Shown here piece after piece: positions 13,151 to 25,011 of a stretch of 40,274 nucleotides of DNA; positions within the stretch are counted from its first letter, which is position 1; each line of letters begins with the position of its first letter. The DNA is from Thalia democratica. Taxonomy: Eukaryota. The DNA lies in assembly GCA_965202585.1 (NCBI GenBank), contig OZ241826.1, positions 100,812,001 through 100,852,274 on the forward strand. The letters are read 5' to 3'. The notes below the pieces were generated by a model that did not search any database, had not been told where the DNA came from, and worked only from the letters and a program-made list of their open reading frames with translations. Both the position numbers and the translations under genes were made by a program.

Positions 13151-16100
13151 GTAAATATGTTTTTTGTTTTTAATATAATTTGTATGACAAATTAGTATAT
13201 ATTGCTAAGTTTATAATGTAAGTAATATACAAAAAACTATAATAGTTTACTCTGCAACTATATTTAAGTTGTTTAAAAATTAATTAGAATATATTATCAA
13301 TGTTCTCATTTTCTTTTGAAAGTTTGATATATTGTTCAAGTATTTTGGTCAGCAAATTTTTGATAACTACTAAGTTTTACTTACATTATAAGAAATGGTA
13401 CAAAACATCCGAACTGTTTGTTTTACAACTGATATTTGCTATGATGATATTAAATTAATTTTGTCACTAACTAAAAGTGCTAGTTCAATTCAAAGTTTTT
13501 TTGTAAGTTCTAAATTAAAAATTTCGAAACATAGTTTTGAAAACTTGATATACTGTTCAAGCCATTGAGTATAACAAACGGTGTCACTAATAATTATTTA
13601 TAAAAGTGGTTATTTTGTTTCGTGAGTGTTTTAAACTTATAAGCGTTTAAAACACAAAAGTTACAGAGTGATTTTTTGTTTAAGGTTAAAATCTTCAATG
13701 CTTACCTCTGTTTTTTCGGTTGTCTTAACTGAATTTCCTATGAACCTAGAAAGTTGTTTGATATAAAAACTATGAAATTAAATTGTAGGTTGTTTTAATG
13801 ATAAACAAATTGAATTGTCATAAACAACATTAATATGTCACTAAATACCATTAAATATTTTGAATGTATTCTAATAAAGATAAGTAAGTACATTTATTTA
13901 AAAATGTACTTATTTGTCTTATAACTTTTTTATTTTTAACTTAAAAGTAAACAAAGATGTATTGAAGAACGCTTAAAAAGAGATTTAAGCAACTATTGAC
14001 CACAAAAATAAAATTTTAGTGAAAAAAAAGTCAAACCAAGTGTTATATACTTATACTTAGTTTGAAATAACTGAGTTAAGGTTAACTTCAATTTATTTCG
14101 TTATTTTTTTCAATTAAGCATTTAGAAAATTTTTAAGTTCAAATGCAAGGAGGTTTTGGTATTTTTACGTTTAATAAAAGTTCTGCACAATTTTTTTGTG
14201 AAAAAATGACGCAAAAACACCTGAAAAACTTATTTTTCTTATTAGTACCAAATTTATTGATAACTAAAACTTTACATTCTTTTGAAGTGTAGTGTATATC
14301 GTAAAACGTATAGATATTTTGAGTATTAAATTAAAAGGCATTTTGAAATAATTAAAAAAGTTGTGGTCTCAGAATTAATAGTTTGTGAAGATTTTATATC
14401 TTTTCTATTATGTATATATTCAAGCCAATACGAAATAAAAACGTTATTTTTTTAAAGTCATCAGACCCTCTTTATTCCCCGCAATTACCCAAAACATCCC
14501 TGAACTTTTCAAAAACATAACATTTATTAAACCAAAATAAAAAACAAATAAAATTAAATATTAAATAGCAAATGTTGGTTTATAACTTAAGCTATACCAA
14601 ATCATGTTTACAAAAATTAACAAACACCGAAAGTAAACAAGGTAGTACAGATAACTAAGCGTATTTAATTATAGTTAAATGCATTAAAATTTATATATTT
14701 TTACATAAGAATAGATGCACAAAAGTTTTAAGTATAAATTTTTTGATCAATGTATGAGAGTTGTTAAAAAACTGTTCATGCACGAAATTTATTTTAAACC
14801 AAGTGTTGGTTGGCTACATTGTTTGGAAAATGTATTATATAAACTAATCATAAAATGTTTAAAATCTAGAATTGATTAAACCTCATTTTAATAAGCACTA
14901 ATGTGTCATAAGAACGATTTGAAAAGTGTTTTAGAAAATGTACTTTTTTTGTAGAATTGTAATTTAACCTAAGAAATAAGTTTTGAACAAAGTTGTTTGA
15001 GCAGGTTTTATTTTCCCGACCCTTCAATCCTATTAACGAGGGCTTTGTACTTATACTATTATAAAAAATATACAAATAGCTTGCTACAAACTTTGGCTGT
15101 TTTATATTTAAAACTTGATATACGTGATACTTTGTTCATACAGTTTTGTAGTTTTTACCATAGAAGTTTTGAGTCTTTTTTTTTAATTACCATCAATAAA
15201 ATACTAAGTCTAAACATTTTAGTGATTTGAACAATATCTATTATAACTTGTAAACTTGTGCACGCAAATTCAGTTAAGACTTACGTTACTTTCTTAGTTA
15301 ACCGCTACTTCGATATCCCTAAAATGGGCGGTATTGCTCCTTTAAGAGGTTTTGATTTTAAGAGGGCAATGGATACCAAGAATGGAAAAAGAAATTTATG
15401 TATTATAATCGACAAAATCTAAACAAAGACGGCAAGATTTTCAATTTACCTAGTAATCAATTCTTAAAACAAGTTTTGAAAACTCCAGCTTACGTTTTAC
15501 TACGTTTGATGCAGACTTGAATAAACGAAACGTATAAATTTTTATTTACAATGAAAACAAAATCTTTGTTCTTTTTAAGTTGATGAAAAACTTAGGATTA
15601 ATTAAAAATTGAAGTTGTAAACTTATTTGATTAAAAAACAAAGGAAACAGTAACTTTTATCTTGAATATATAAGTTAATACTCAAACTTTTTTAAAAGAA
15701 AACAGTATTAAGTTTGTAGTTAAATAAATATACTAAAACATGATATATTAACTGTAAATTTCAATTTAACATATGAAATAGTAATACTACTCATAAAGAT
15801 AACTTACTTTTCGATAACTAATTTAAAGTTACAAATCTTTTTGTAATTTGTAAAATATTTTAAACTACGACCTTACAAAACGACATTATACTACGACTTA
15901 ATAAGTTTTAACACTTTAAGATTTGAGAATTGCATTTGTTTAGAGTTTAATTACCACAATCAAAAGAGAAAAATTAAAAAAAAAAATATTGTTTTCTGGT
16001 TTCTGTAATACATTGTTAGTTTTTAAAGTTAGAACGTTTTAATTCAATTATAAAAGTTTTAGTAGTAGTAGATTGAAAGTAATCTTTTTTTCTAGGAAGT

Positions 16101-18543
16101 ATGAGACAAGAGAAACAAAAAAAGTAGACCTGTATAAATAGGGTCTACATTTCATTAAGAAAGTAGTTGTAACAGAAAAGACGACTGCTGCAGCTATTTC
16201 TAAATATATAAAAATTTGATTAAAAAAAAAATAAGACGCAATTGCGCCTTGCAATTAATCAATTGTAATAAAAATGAAAAAAAGATTAAAGCGTTCAATT
16301 TTAATAGAATATGGAATATCATTTCTTAACTATTTTACATATTAAGTAATTTAGAAATATACTTAATTAAGATGGTAAATAAAACAGTTTCGTTTCTCTA
16401 CGTTTTATTTGTGTTTTTAAAGTTTGTGAACAAATAAAACTTTTGTTTCTTTAACTCTTTGGGTTTTTATTCCCTTAAAACCTTTATAAGGTAAAGTTTG
16501 CTTTATCTTTAATAAATCAATATTCAATGTAACAAAATAAATAAGAAAATATTTTAGTTTAAGTAAAGTATCAACAAACTTTAGATTATAATACTTATTG
16601 AACTTTCTTAATTCTACTTACTTATAAAGTAGTTTGTATCATAAAAAAAAGTTAAATTACACAATATGAAGTAAAAAATGCATTTTTAAAACCAAACCGA
16701 TGTATAAAATGTTTTATTTAAATTGTCTGAACTTAAACTGTCATAAATTAATTTTTCCAGATTTTCATCTATGAATTTGAATAGTTGAACTTCAATTTCC
16801 AGGTGTGAATCAGTTTATAAAATTGTTTAAAATGAATTCTTTTGCATTTTATTTATTTCAATAAAAAACGCAGTTTTTTGTTAAGCGCTTTTCTAGAGCA
16901 TTTAAATATGTAAAATCTCATTAACCAAAATCTAATTAATAAGTTAATTTAGAATGGTTGCTGTCTTAATTTAGTTTTAATTGATGTCTATATATTTTTT
17001 GAGTTTTACATATAATTAGTTATAACTATTGCTATTTCATTTTAAATTTGTAGTGATGAGTTTTTTTCACCAACTGTTTTATTTTACATTACATACAGTA
17101 CTAGAACTTAAAACCTAACTTCTTTTTAATATATTTTAAAACATTTTGATTTTAATTAAAGAAATAATCATACTTAGACTTTAAAACGCTTAGTTACATA
17201 TTTTGCTGATTTTAATTTTGGTACTTTAAAAGAATTGTGTAAATGTTAAAGTAAGAATATACTTTTTAATCTTCTTTATAATCATTTATATATTTGGTAT
17301 ACATATACTAACATTTACCTGTTTATATAAATACTATTTATTAAAAATTATTAAAGTTTAAATTAAACGTCATTAGAAAATAAATTGTTTCTACGTTAAA
17401 ATAAATTCTGCTTAATTAACGTATTTAATATTGCTTAACTTTTTCATAAAAACGTGTCATAAACCATAATTATTTAAAGTATCTATTTTAGCAAAAGAAA
17501 TTGAGTATATTAAAAGTATTAAAATATATCTCTTTTCAACATTTCTAAATTTTTTGAAAAGGAAGTAATTATAAAAAAACTCAAAGATTTGAAAACTAGT
17601 TTTGATAATATAAATAATGATATTTTGAAGCAAATCGTATAAAAGTTTTTTTTTCAAGCAACTAAAATATGAGACATTATTTTCATAAATAGCTGTAACT
17701 AAAATTTTAAGATCATTATCAATGAGATGTTATCTGAGCGAATATTTTTTCAAGTTGCAACCAATTTATAAAGATTTTTTCAATAACCTAAATATCTTTT
17801 ACCTATAATGTTTAGCTCAATTCTCGTCTATATTAAAGAGATGTTCAATTTAGATATAACATTTTTTAACTAAGTTATGAAATTTTACAAAATACGTTGT
17901 TTGTTTTCTTTTATCAGACGGTCGTAAAAACTAATTTAATTTTATAAGTTTAAATTAGATCAAGATATTTTTCGTTTAAAAAATTCAACTTCAGTAGTTG
18001 TTATTTTAATTGTGTATTTAAACTTATACGATATTTTCTAAACAGCTTTTAGAAGTCAGTTAAGTTTCTGTTTTTACGTTTGTTTATAGGCTCTTTTAAT
18101 CTTTAAGCCCATGAAGAAAAGTATTTGTTTTTTTGTTTGATTTTTTTTGTCTGCTCTCATTCATTAATAAAATATACTTAAGTATTGTATGATAAAAAGT
18201 ATACTATGTCCACTATTTTTCAACTGGGAAGTGTCAAATATGCACAAAATGTAGGTTTTGGGTTAGTGACTCTTGTAAAATTATTAAAATTTAAGTTAAA
18301 AATCAATAAAAAATTCAGTAAAACCCAAGTTAAATAAAACTCTATTTAAATTTAATTACAAGTTAATTTAAACTAGAGCAAGACTTAAACTAAATAAATT
18401 TACGGGACATTTAAAGTATTGATAAAAAAGTTTTATTCAAACTTGTTTCCAAAATAATTTGTTTTAACTTTAAATTAGAATTTTACTAATTATAAATAAA
18501 ATAAATTCCAAATTTTTATGCACACATTTATTATTTGTTTTAG

Positions 18544-18665
18544 TTTCACGAGAGTCACCCTTGCAAAATTAGCGTATTATGGAAAGATTTAACCTATGCA
18601 AAAATTTCAAACTGAGTAAATCGTGAAAAATTGACAATATGTGCTATTACACTGCCGTTCAAAAG
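18544..18665 (+). other. Weak candidate exon (UTR plus MCYYTAVQK)
   Basis: tttgttttag acceptor, ATG at 18639, AAG|GTTTGC donor. All frames are closed upstream of the ATG. Confidence 0.2.
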
Positions 18666-19698
18666 GTTTGCCATTTTTATTTTTAAAATTTTGTTATTTT
18701 ATTTGTAGGATGTTATAAAATCTAGGTTATTTTGTTTTTTAAACAAACAAACAAAACATCAACAATATTATAAGGGATTAAACATATGTGATACTATAAG
18801 CACGTATTTAAAATAAATGTCTTTCTTTATATAATTTGAAGACTTTAAAAATGTCTTTACGGTGCTTTAAAATACTTTAAAAAGATTTTAAATGCTTCAA
18901 AATATACATATTTTTAATAAGCATAGTTTAATTTTTTGTAGAGCACAAATAAAAGGTTCAGTTTTTGTATATTTTTCAACACATTCTCATTAAGTACTAC
19001 TACCTTAATTTTCAAATAAGTAAAATTATACATTATTAAAACAAGAAAGTATTATTTAATAAAATAATTACAAATGCAAAGTTTATACAAAATATAAAAC
19101 AACAAAAAAACTGGTATACACTAGAATTTTGGAAATATAACCGGTTAATGCTTAATTTAATAGAAATGAACAATAGTCCGTGGTTTAAAGAGTTGACTGC
19201 TCACATTTTTTTAACATGTACAGATTAAATCATTAAATTGTGACACTAATACACATTTAAACATAAAACAGAAAATAAAGTATACAAACGAACTGAAACA
19301 TGAAATATGTTCATATTTTGCATAGAACAGATAAGACATGCATGGTTTCAGTTTTTATAAGTCTCAAATTTAAACTTTATTACAATCTCATTATATATAA
19401 GATGTGCGAAAATAATTTACAAATTGTTTTCTGTAGTATTTCTAATACAATTCATTTTTAGTACAAGTAGATTTAACGTTTTAAAATCATAAAATAAAAC
19501 AAATAAATTAGCGAGTTCATAAGCTTATCGTTTATTAGTAAACAAATTTAACAAACACTTTTTTTGCTAATCTTTTAAAATTTAACACTTATTATACAGT
19601 TAACTACAGGTCAAAACATATCATTTCTTTATTTGGTATATTATTAAAGTAATTTGTCTTTTAAAACTCTATACAAGCCATTTAAGTGAATTTAATAC

Positions 19699-19951
19699 TA
19701 CACTTTTGGACACTTTTCCACGAAAACACCTTCGTACTAACGAAACGAAGGACACTTTTGCACGGCAACTCTTTTTCACGAGCGTCACTTTAGCACAATG
19801 GGACATATTTGCACGGCGTCACTTTCGTACGAAGGGTCACATTTGCACAGCGACACTTTTGCACGCAGGATAATTTTTGCATAAGAGACACTTTTGCACA
19901 CAAAGTCACTTGTGCACGGCGTCTTATTTGCATAACGACAATTTTTCACGA
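19699..19951 (+). repeat. Degenerate ~15-16 bp tandem array (G[A/T]CACTTTTGCAC-type)
   Basis: Repeated ttttgcac units seen directly. Confidence 0.85.
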
Positions 19952-20282
19952 TATCTCAATACAGAGTTGTTCTTAATATAGATGTGTTTAAGGGTAATAG
20001 GAAAAGTATAGCAGATTAATACAACAATCGAAACAAAACTTTATTTTTTTACATAAACAAAAGAAACACAATTATAGCTACAACACACTATACTAAAACT
20101 ACATTTAAACACAAATGATAATGCAATTATAATAAGTATCTTATAACTTATCACGAAAGCATCTTTAGTTTAACGCGTTTGGAATGCATATTAAGTTTAA
20201 GTACATCAATAACTCCCGAGTGGTCATAACTTGCAAAATGTTGTTTATTTTATATCAAAAGCAAAGAAAACTTCTTTTTTCT

Positions 20283-20420
20283 TACGTATTCATTGAAAAA
20301 AATTAATTTCTAACAATAAAAAATGTTTGTTTTTTAATACTGGAAGCACGTCACGAAAACTGCGTAAAATAGTTTACAAAATCTGCTTTTAAATAAATTT
20401 ATCGCGTGAATACTGCGACA
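20283..20420 (-). mobile_element. Partial LTR-like copy (putative 3' LTR of the gag-CSD element)
   Basis: Homologous to the other two copies (ctggaagcacgtcacgaaaactgcgtaaaa...cgcgtgaatactgcgaca). On the - strand it begins TG immediately after a purine-rich tract aaaaacaaaagaaaa (20421-20435). Confidence 0.6.
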
Positions 20421-20663
20421 TTTTCTTTTGTTTTTATTTAAAATTAATGTTGTTTGCACAGATTTTAATAAACACAGACCTAGTTTTTTTCCCAAACCAG
20501 TTAAACAAAAGAACGACCAATGCCGCGGTTTTTCATTTTAATAATTAGTACTCATCCGAGAAACTGTATTACTTATTATCTCATCAAATACATAGTTGTC
20601 AAAAATTAAGATAGTACACAACATAAGGAAAAAGTAAAAATGATAGTCATTTAGTTATCTTCC

Positions 20664-20762
20664 GGCTTCTTGTACTCAGGCTTCTTGTCCTCGGGCTTCT
20701 TGTCATCGGGCTTCTTGTTCTCGGACTTCTTGTTCTCGGACTTCTTGTTCTCGTACTTCTTC
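20664..20762. repeat. 15-bp minisatellite, ~6.5 units (GGCTTCTTGTNCTCG)
   Basis: Direct repeats seen. The - strand reads (E)VREQE repeats in one frame or KK(P/S)E(D/N) repeats in another. Confidence 0.9.
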
Positions 20763-21899
20763 TTTTTCGATATTTGTTTTCAGCAGGAACGAGTTGTTTC
20801 GAATCGCTTGTTCTTCACTAAACTTCAAATTCAAAAATGTATCAAATTCACTTGTTGACATAGAAAATATTCGTCTTTTCATTGTTCATCATTGTAGTAT
20901 TCATTTGAAAAAACTTATGTATAAAAATATGCAGCTCAGAAAAATTAAATTGATTTTCTAACAAGAAAGTTCAGTAAAAGCTACTAAGTTACTATGCTAA
21001 AAGACAATAACGAAACTGTCAGTATTTAATTTCAAACCCATTATTTTATACAAAACAAAAACAAATTGAAGCATTTAAAGATGCATTGAATAGAAAATTA
21101 ATAGTTTGAAACACATGAAACATTTTAATTTTGTTTTTAACTTAAAAAAACATATTTTCTTAATATTTAACTCGCAAACTTTAATAAACAAAACAAAAAA
21201 TATTTTCTTTTAAGTATTTTACAAAACAATAAGTACTATTTTTATACACAAACTTTTATAGGATTCAAGTATAAACTATTTTTTTAAAGCGACACAACAC
21301 TTATGCATAATAAAAATTTTTAAAGAGAAAAATTTAGCGAGTGTTTTGTTTTTAATCGTTAAAAGTCAAAATTAAATGGGAGTTGAAAGTACTTTTAAAT
21401 TTAAAATTTATAGGAAAAATTCATTACAAGTCGAATTTAAAAGCTTTAAACTTTAACTTGATTATTTTACAAACAAAAAAATTGATAATTTAATTCTGTT
21501 TATAACTAGAGAAAATGTAGTTACTCAAGTTTTAATATGAAAACTAGGCTTAATAAACTTTTCTATTGTATAATTGTTATGTCGTAGCTTTTAACTAATA
21601 GTTCAATTACCAAACTGTAATTTAAAATATGAAAAACTTTATAACACATTATTAAAAGTAAAAAAGCTATAAAATTTTACAACTCAGAAATTTTATCAGA
21701 AAAGAATACAAAACAAACACATTTAGTAGTTTCTTGCAGTTTAATTTCTTAAAAACATAACCTGAGTTTGAAAATTTTTTAAATAGATTTTGATGCTAAT
21801 AAAAAATTACAATTTTTTACTTTTATTAAAGTCTGTTTTGTTAGTTTTGTGAAAATATTTATATTTTATCTTCAAAAGGGCTTTATGATAAATATTTAA

Positions 21900-23742
21900 A
21901 GTTTTACACCTGCTATAATTTATTCTGAGTCTTTTCATTCTGTGTTATAATTTATTTTTTGTTAAAGGAATCAAATACTGCCGAATTGTTTTTCTCTTTA
22001 GCAAACACGTTGCTCGATACACTAGTTTCTGATTTTGTTTTTAAAGAATTGTAACTGCCTGAGTCTTGTTTATAACTTTTAAGCTGCAATGTTGGCACCT
22101 TATGTTTTGGTTCGCTACCATATTTTTAATTGTAACTGCTATTTGTCTACTGTTGGTTATGATGTTTTCCTTTGCTGAGCTTACCTTGTTTTGCTGTAAA
22201 AGCAAAAGCTTGCTTATAAGCTCTAATAGCTTTTCTTTTCTGCTGTTGGGGATTACTTGGATAATAGTTTCCGTTTAATCTTTTTTGTTGAAACGTTTGG
22301 TTGTAGTTTGAATTCTTATCTACAGCATACTTAGTCTCTTGAACTGTTTTACGATTAGGACCTGTCACGTTTGCGGTTTCTGACATGATAGTTTTACCTA
22401 CGACAATATCAAACTGGAGCTTTTCTCCTTGTGCAAGAGACCTTAAGAATTAGTTCGGGTTGTTTTTGATGACAGCTGTAAAATGAACAAAAATAAAGCT
22501 GTTTCTATCATCACGATGAATAAAACCGTAACCTCTGTGAAAATAAAACCATACTATTTGACCAGTTAGTCCAATTGCTATATTGTTTTTTGGCTACCTG
22601 AGCTTTTTCTTTGACTGTTTGAAACTCTTTGGTTGTATTAGATGTTTTTTTAGGTAAGTGTTGATGACATGACAAATACTGTGCAATGTTAACACTTTTA
22701 CTACTGTTCCCATTGTATGATTTTCTTGGTTTAAATTTTCTCTAACTTGATTATGTTGACGATAATTGTAATTATGATTAATACCATTATCTCTTAAATG
22801 AAAATTTTGTTGATTATTAGGACAAACACGCTTATGGTAGTTTATTTTAGCCTTATAATGATTTTGCTCATACTGCTGTAATCTATCGTATTTAATTTGC
22901 TTAGGTATTAATGCGTTTTCTTTATAAGCATTCCATATGGCTTGTCCTTTTCTTTTAAAAACTTCTAAGCTTTCATTAAAATGTTCCATAATCTTATCTT
23001 TGATCGAAAATGGCATCAAGTATGCATGAAAAAAGTTAATTCTGTCCTGCTCTAGACATTTAGCCCAGCTTACGGCTGTTAAAAATATTTTATTAAAATT
23101 TTTAGGCTCATTCCATACTTGAACTTTATCTAAAATTTCAGCCAACTGATTGTCGCTATTAACAAAAAATTTAAAAAAAAAAAACTTTAATTTCTTTCAC
23201 CTCGTTCTGTCATTTTATAATAATCTGACAACTCTTCTCTTGGCCAAAACCAAATTAAAAAATTGTATTTCTCTAAATCGCTTACAATACCTTCGTCATA
23301 TAATTCCTGCTCAAAATAGTTTATCGTATCTCGAGGATTCTTTACAACGTCTAACCTCTTAAACTTTTTACTCAGTCTTTGCGCCTTTAATGCGTCGCTA
23401 AAGTTATTAAAATTATTGTGATTACCATTTTGTAACCATTGTAAAAAGGTTCGCGTTTTTCCAGCATCGCACGTTCGTAATGTTGTGATCTAGACTGCTT
23501 TAATCTATTATTTAAATTTTTAATTTTCTTTTGCAAAATTCTTAATTTTTCTTCAGTTGTTAGCTGCTTAACTTCGCTTGATTTTCTGAAATGTTGTTGA
23601 ATACTATTCGACGGCAAAATTTAATACCATTTTCAATCATTTATGCTCGATGATGGTTATTAAGATTGCGATCGTCATTGTTGTTCGTGTGCATTTCTTC
23701 TGTTGACTGCTCAAAGATTCCTAAACCAGAAAATTCAAGCAT
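21900..23742 (-). pseudogene. Disrupted gag-like ORF with C-terminal Y-box-type cold-shock domain and a basic/Gln-Asn low-complexity tail
   Basis: Starts at an ATG ~80 nt after the PBS-like site. Coiled-coil-like segment (EEKLRILQKKIKNLNNRLKQ), then NPRDTINYFEQELYDEGIVSDLEKYNFL (resembles the gypsy gag N-terminal capsid motif; moderate), then the 183-aa ORF 22594-23145, one TAG, and the CSD in the same frame. Several frameshifts and stops. The 3' end is approximate. Confidence 0.6.
22318..22575 (-). pseudogene. Cold-shock domain of Y-box (YBX1-like) type, intronless, one internal stop
   Basis: GLTGQIVWFYFHRGYGFIHRDDRNSFIFVHFTAVIKNNPN*FLRSLAQGEKLQFDIVVGKTIMSETANVTGPNRKTVQETKYAVD aligns almost residue for residue with the Y-box CSD ([81 protein letters not shown]). 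TAA at 22450-22452. Confidence 0.93.
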
Positions 23743-23819
23743 CTTAAGAGACACTGCGTTGTTTCCACTTTAACCAAATAAGTTATTGTATATAGTGGTT
23801 TATGTTTAAGGATTAGATA

Positions 23820-23830
23820 CGTGGCCTCCA
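23820..23830 (-). promoter_or_regulatory. Putative primer-binding site TGGAGGCCACG (tRNA-Thr-like)
   Basis: Complementary to a tRNA 3' end CGTGGCC-U-CCA. A U discriminator with a GGCC 5' end fits metazoan tRNA-Thr. It lies between the LTR-like sequence and the gag-like ATG. Confidence 0.55.
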
Positions 23831-24326
23831 GTAACTTACTTAACTTACTGCTATACTCACGAGTAATAAATAATATGCTATCAGTAAAACGTTATAAAGC
23901 TTATTTCTTGAATAAAACACACTTTGAATAAATGCAATTTACTTTAATTTTAATAATAATTCTTAGTTCTGAAAAAAGAAATTATTAAATCACGACACAA
24001 GAAAAATCTATAAAAATTATTTACAATCGTAAAGTTATTTAAAATACTAAAATCAACTATGCGATATAAACGTTTTCTTTTTTCTCGAAAATAGAAATAA
24101 ATGTTAACTTAAATCGTTACTTAAACGTAACGCGGAACAACTAATTCACCAACTAAGTAACTAAGCGCGTATTTGAAATACAATCGATAATATATACGCA
24201 TTAAAATGAATATTAACTCCTAACAATAACAAAATGTTTGTTTTTAATAAAAAAATGTTTTTTTGTAATACTGGAAGCACGTTATGAAAACTGCGTAAAA
24301 CAGTTTACATCTACCCCTTTTAAATA
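23831..24326 (-). mobile_element. LTR-like copy (putative 5' LTR of the gag-CSD element)
   Basis: 23914-24326 is homologous to 9614-10000. The segment 23831-23913 links it to the PBS and ends ...AAGTTAC on the - strand. The terminal ~25 bp (TG end) is missing. Confidence 0.6.
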
Positions 24327-24740
24327 AGAAAATGAAATTTTAATATCATTTCTTGTTTGTTAAATAATAAGAAATATTATTGTGTGTTCTTATTTGTTTT
24401 TTATCATTCAATTAGCTGATAAATTTAATTATTTTATCATTGCTTTTTAATAGTGATCTTTATTAAAAACGCTTGGAAAAGCCTTATAATAAATTAATGC
24501 TTTAACAAAATCATATGTTATTTGAAAATTGTTTTCGTAATGTAATATTGAAAAAGCAGGTGCTATCTTAAGCTCAAATTCTACGTAGCAGTATTTTTTT
24601 TTTAAGTTGATGAAAATAAAATTTTATATTGAATTTATTTTAATACTTGTATCAGAAAATAAAATCTGGAAGCACGCAAAATTGAAGCTCCATTCAAAAC
24701 TGACGGACTGTTTAAAATTTTTGCAGTGAATAAATATTTA

Positions 24741-25011
24741 CATGAAAATATAACGCCGTGCAAAAGTGACGCCTTGCAAAAATGTCGCCATAAGAATTTA
24801 AAGTTGTGCAAAAGTTTCGACTTGTAAAAATGTTGCCGTACAAAAATGCCGCCATGCAAAAATGACCCTACGAGCTAAAAAATCGCCATGCAAAAGTTTC
24901 CCTCGTGCTAAATTGACGCTCATGCAAAAGTGACGTTGTGCAAAAGTCTCCCTATATGCAAAAGAGTCGCCGTGAAAAAGTGTCCTCTCGTGCAAAAGTG
25001 ACTGCCACCTA
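24741..25011 (-). repeat. Degenerate ~15-16 bp tandem array, inverted relative to 19699-19951
   Basis: gtgcaaaagtgac units on the + strand, with the same ggcgtc/ggcgac-containing subtype as the 19.7 kb array. The outer end reads AGGTGGCAGTCACTTTTGCACG on the - strand. Confidence 0.85.

Noticed and set aside
15298-15420. 41-codon + strand open stretch (NRYFDIPKMGGIAPLRGFDFKRAMDT...)
   Set aside because: No convincing donor and no recognisable homology, so it could not be supported as an exon.
16124-16148. GTAGACC...GGTCTAC inverted repeat enclosing TATAAATA
   Set aside because: 7-bp arms are expected by chance in 40 kb, and there is no supporting promoter evidence.
19699-19951. Short-repeat arrays as possible CRISPR arrays
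   Set aside because: Units are contiguous and degenerate with no unique spacers, there are no cas genes, and the context is eukaryotic.
22318-22575. Calling the CSD a functional YBX1 or Lin28 gene
   Set aside because: It has an internal TAA, no Y-box tail, no downstream CCHC pair as in Lin28, and is embedded in a disrupted element.
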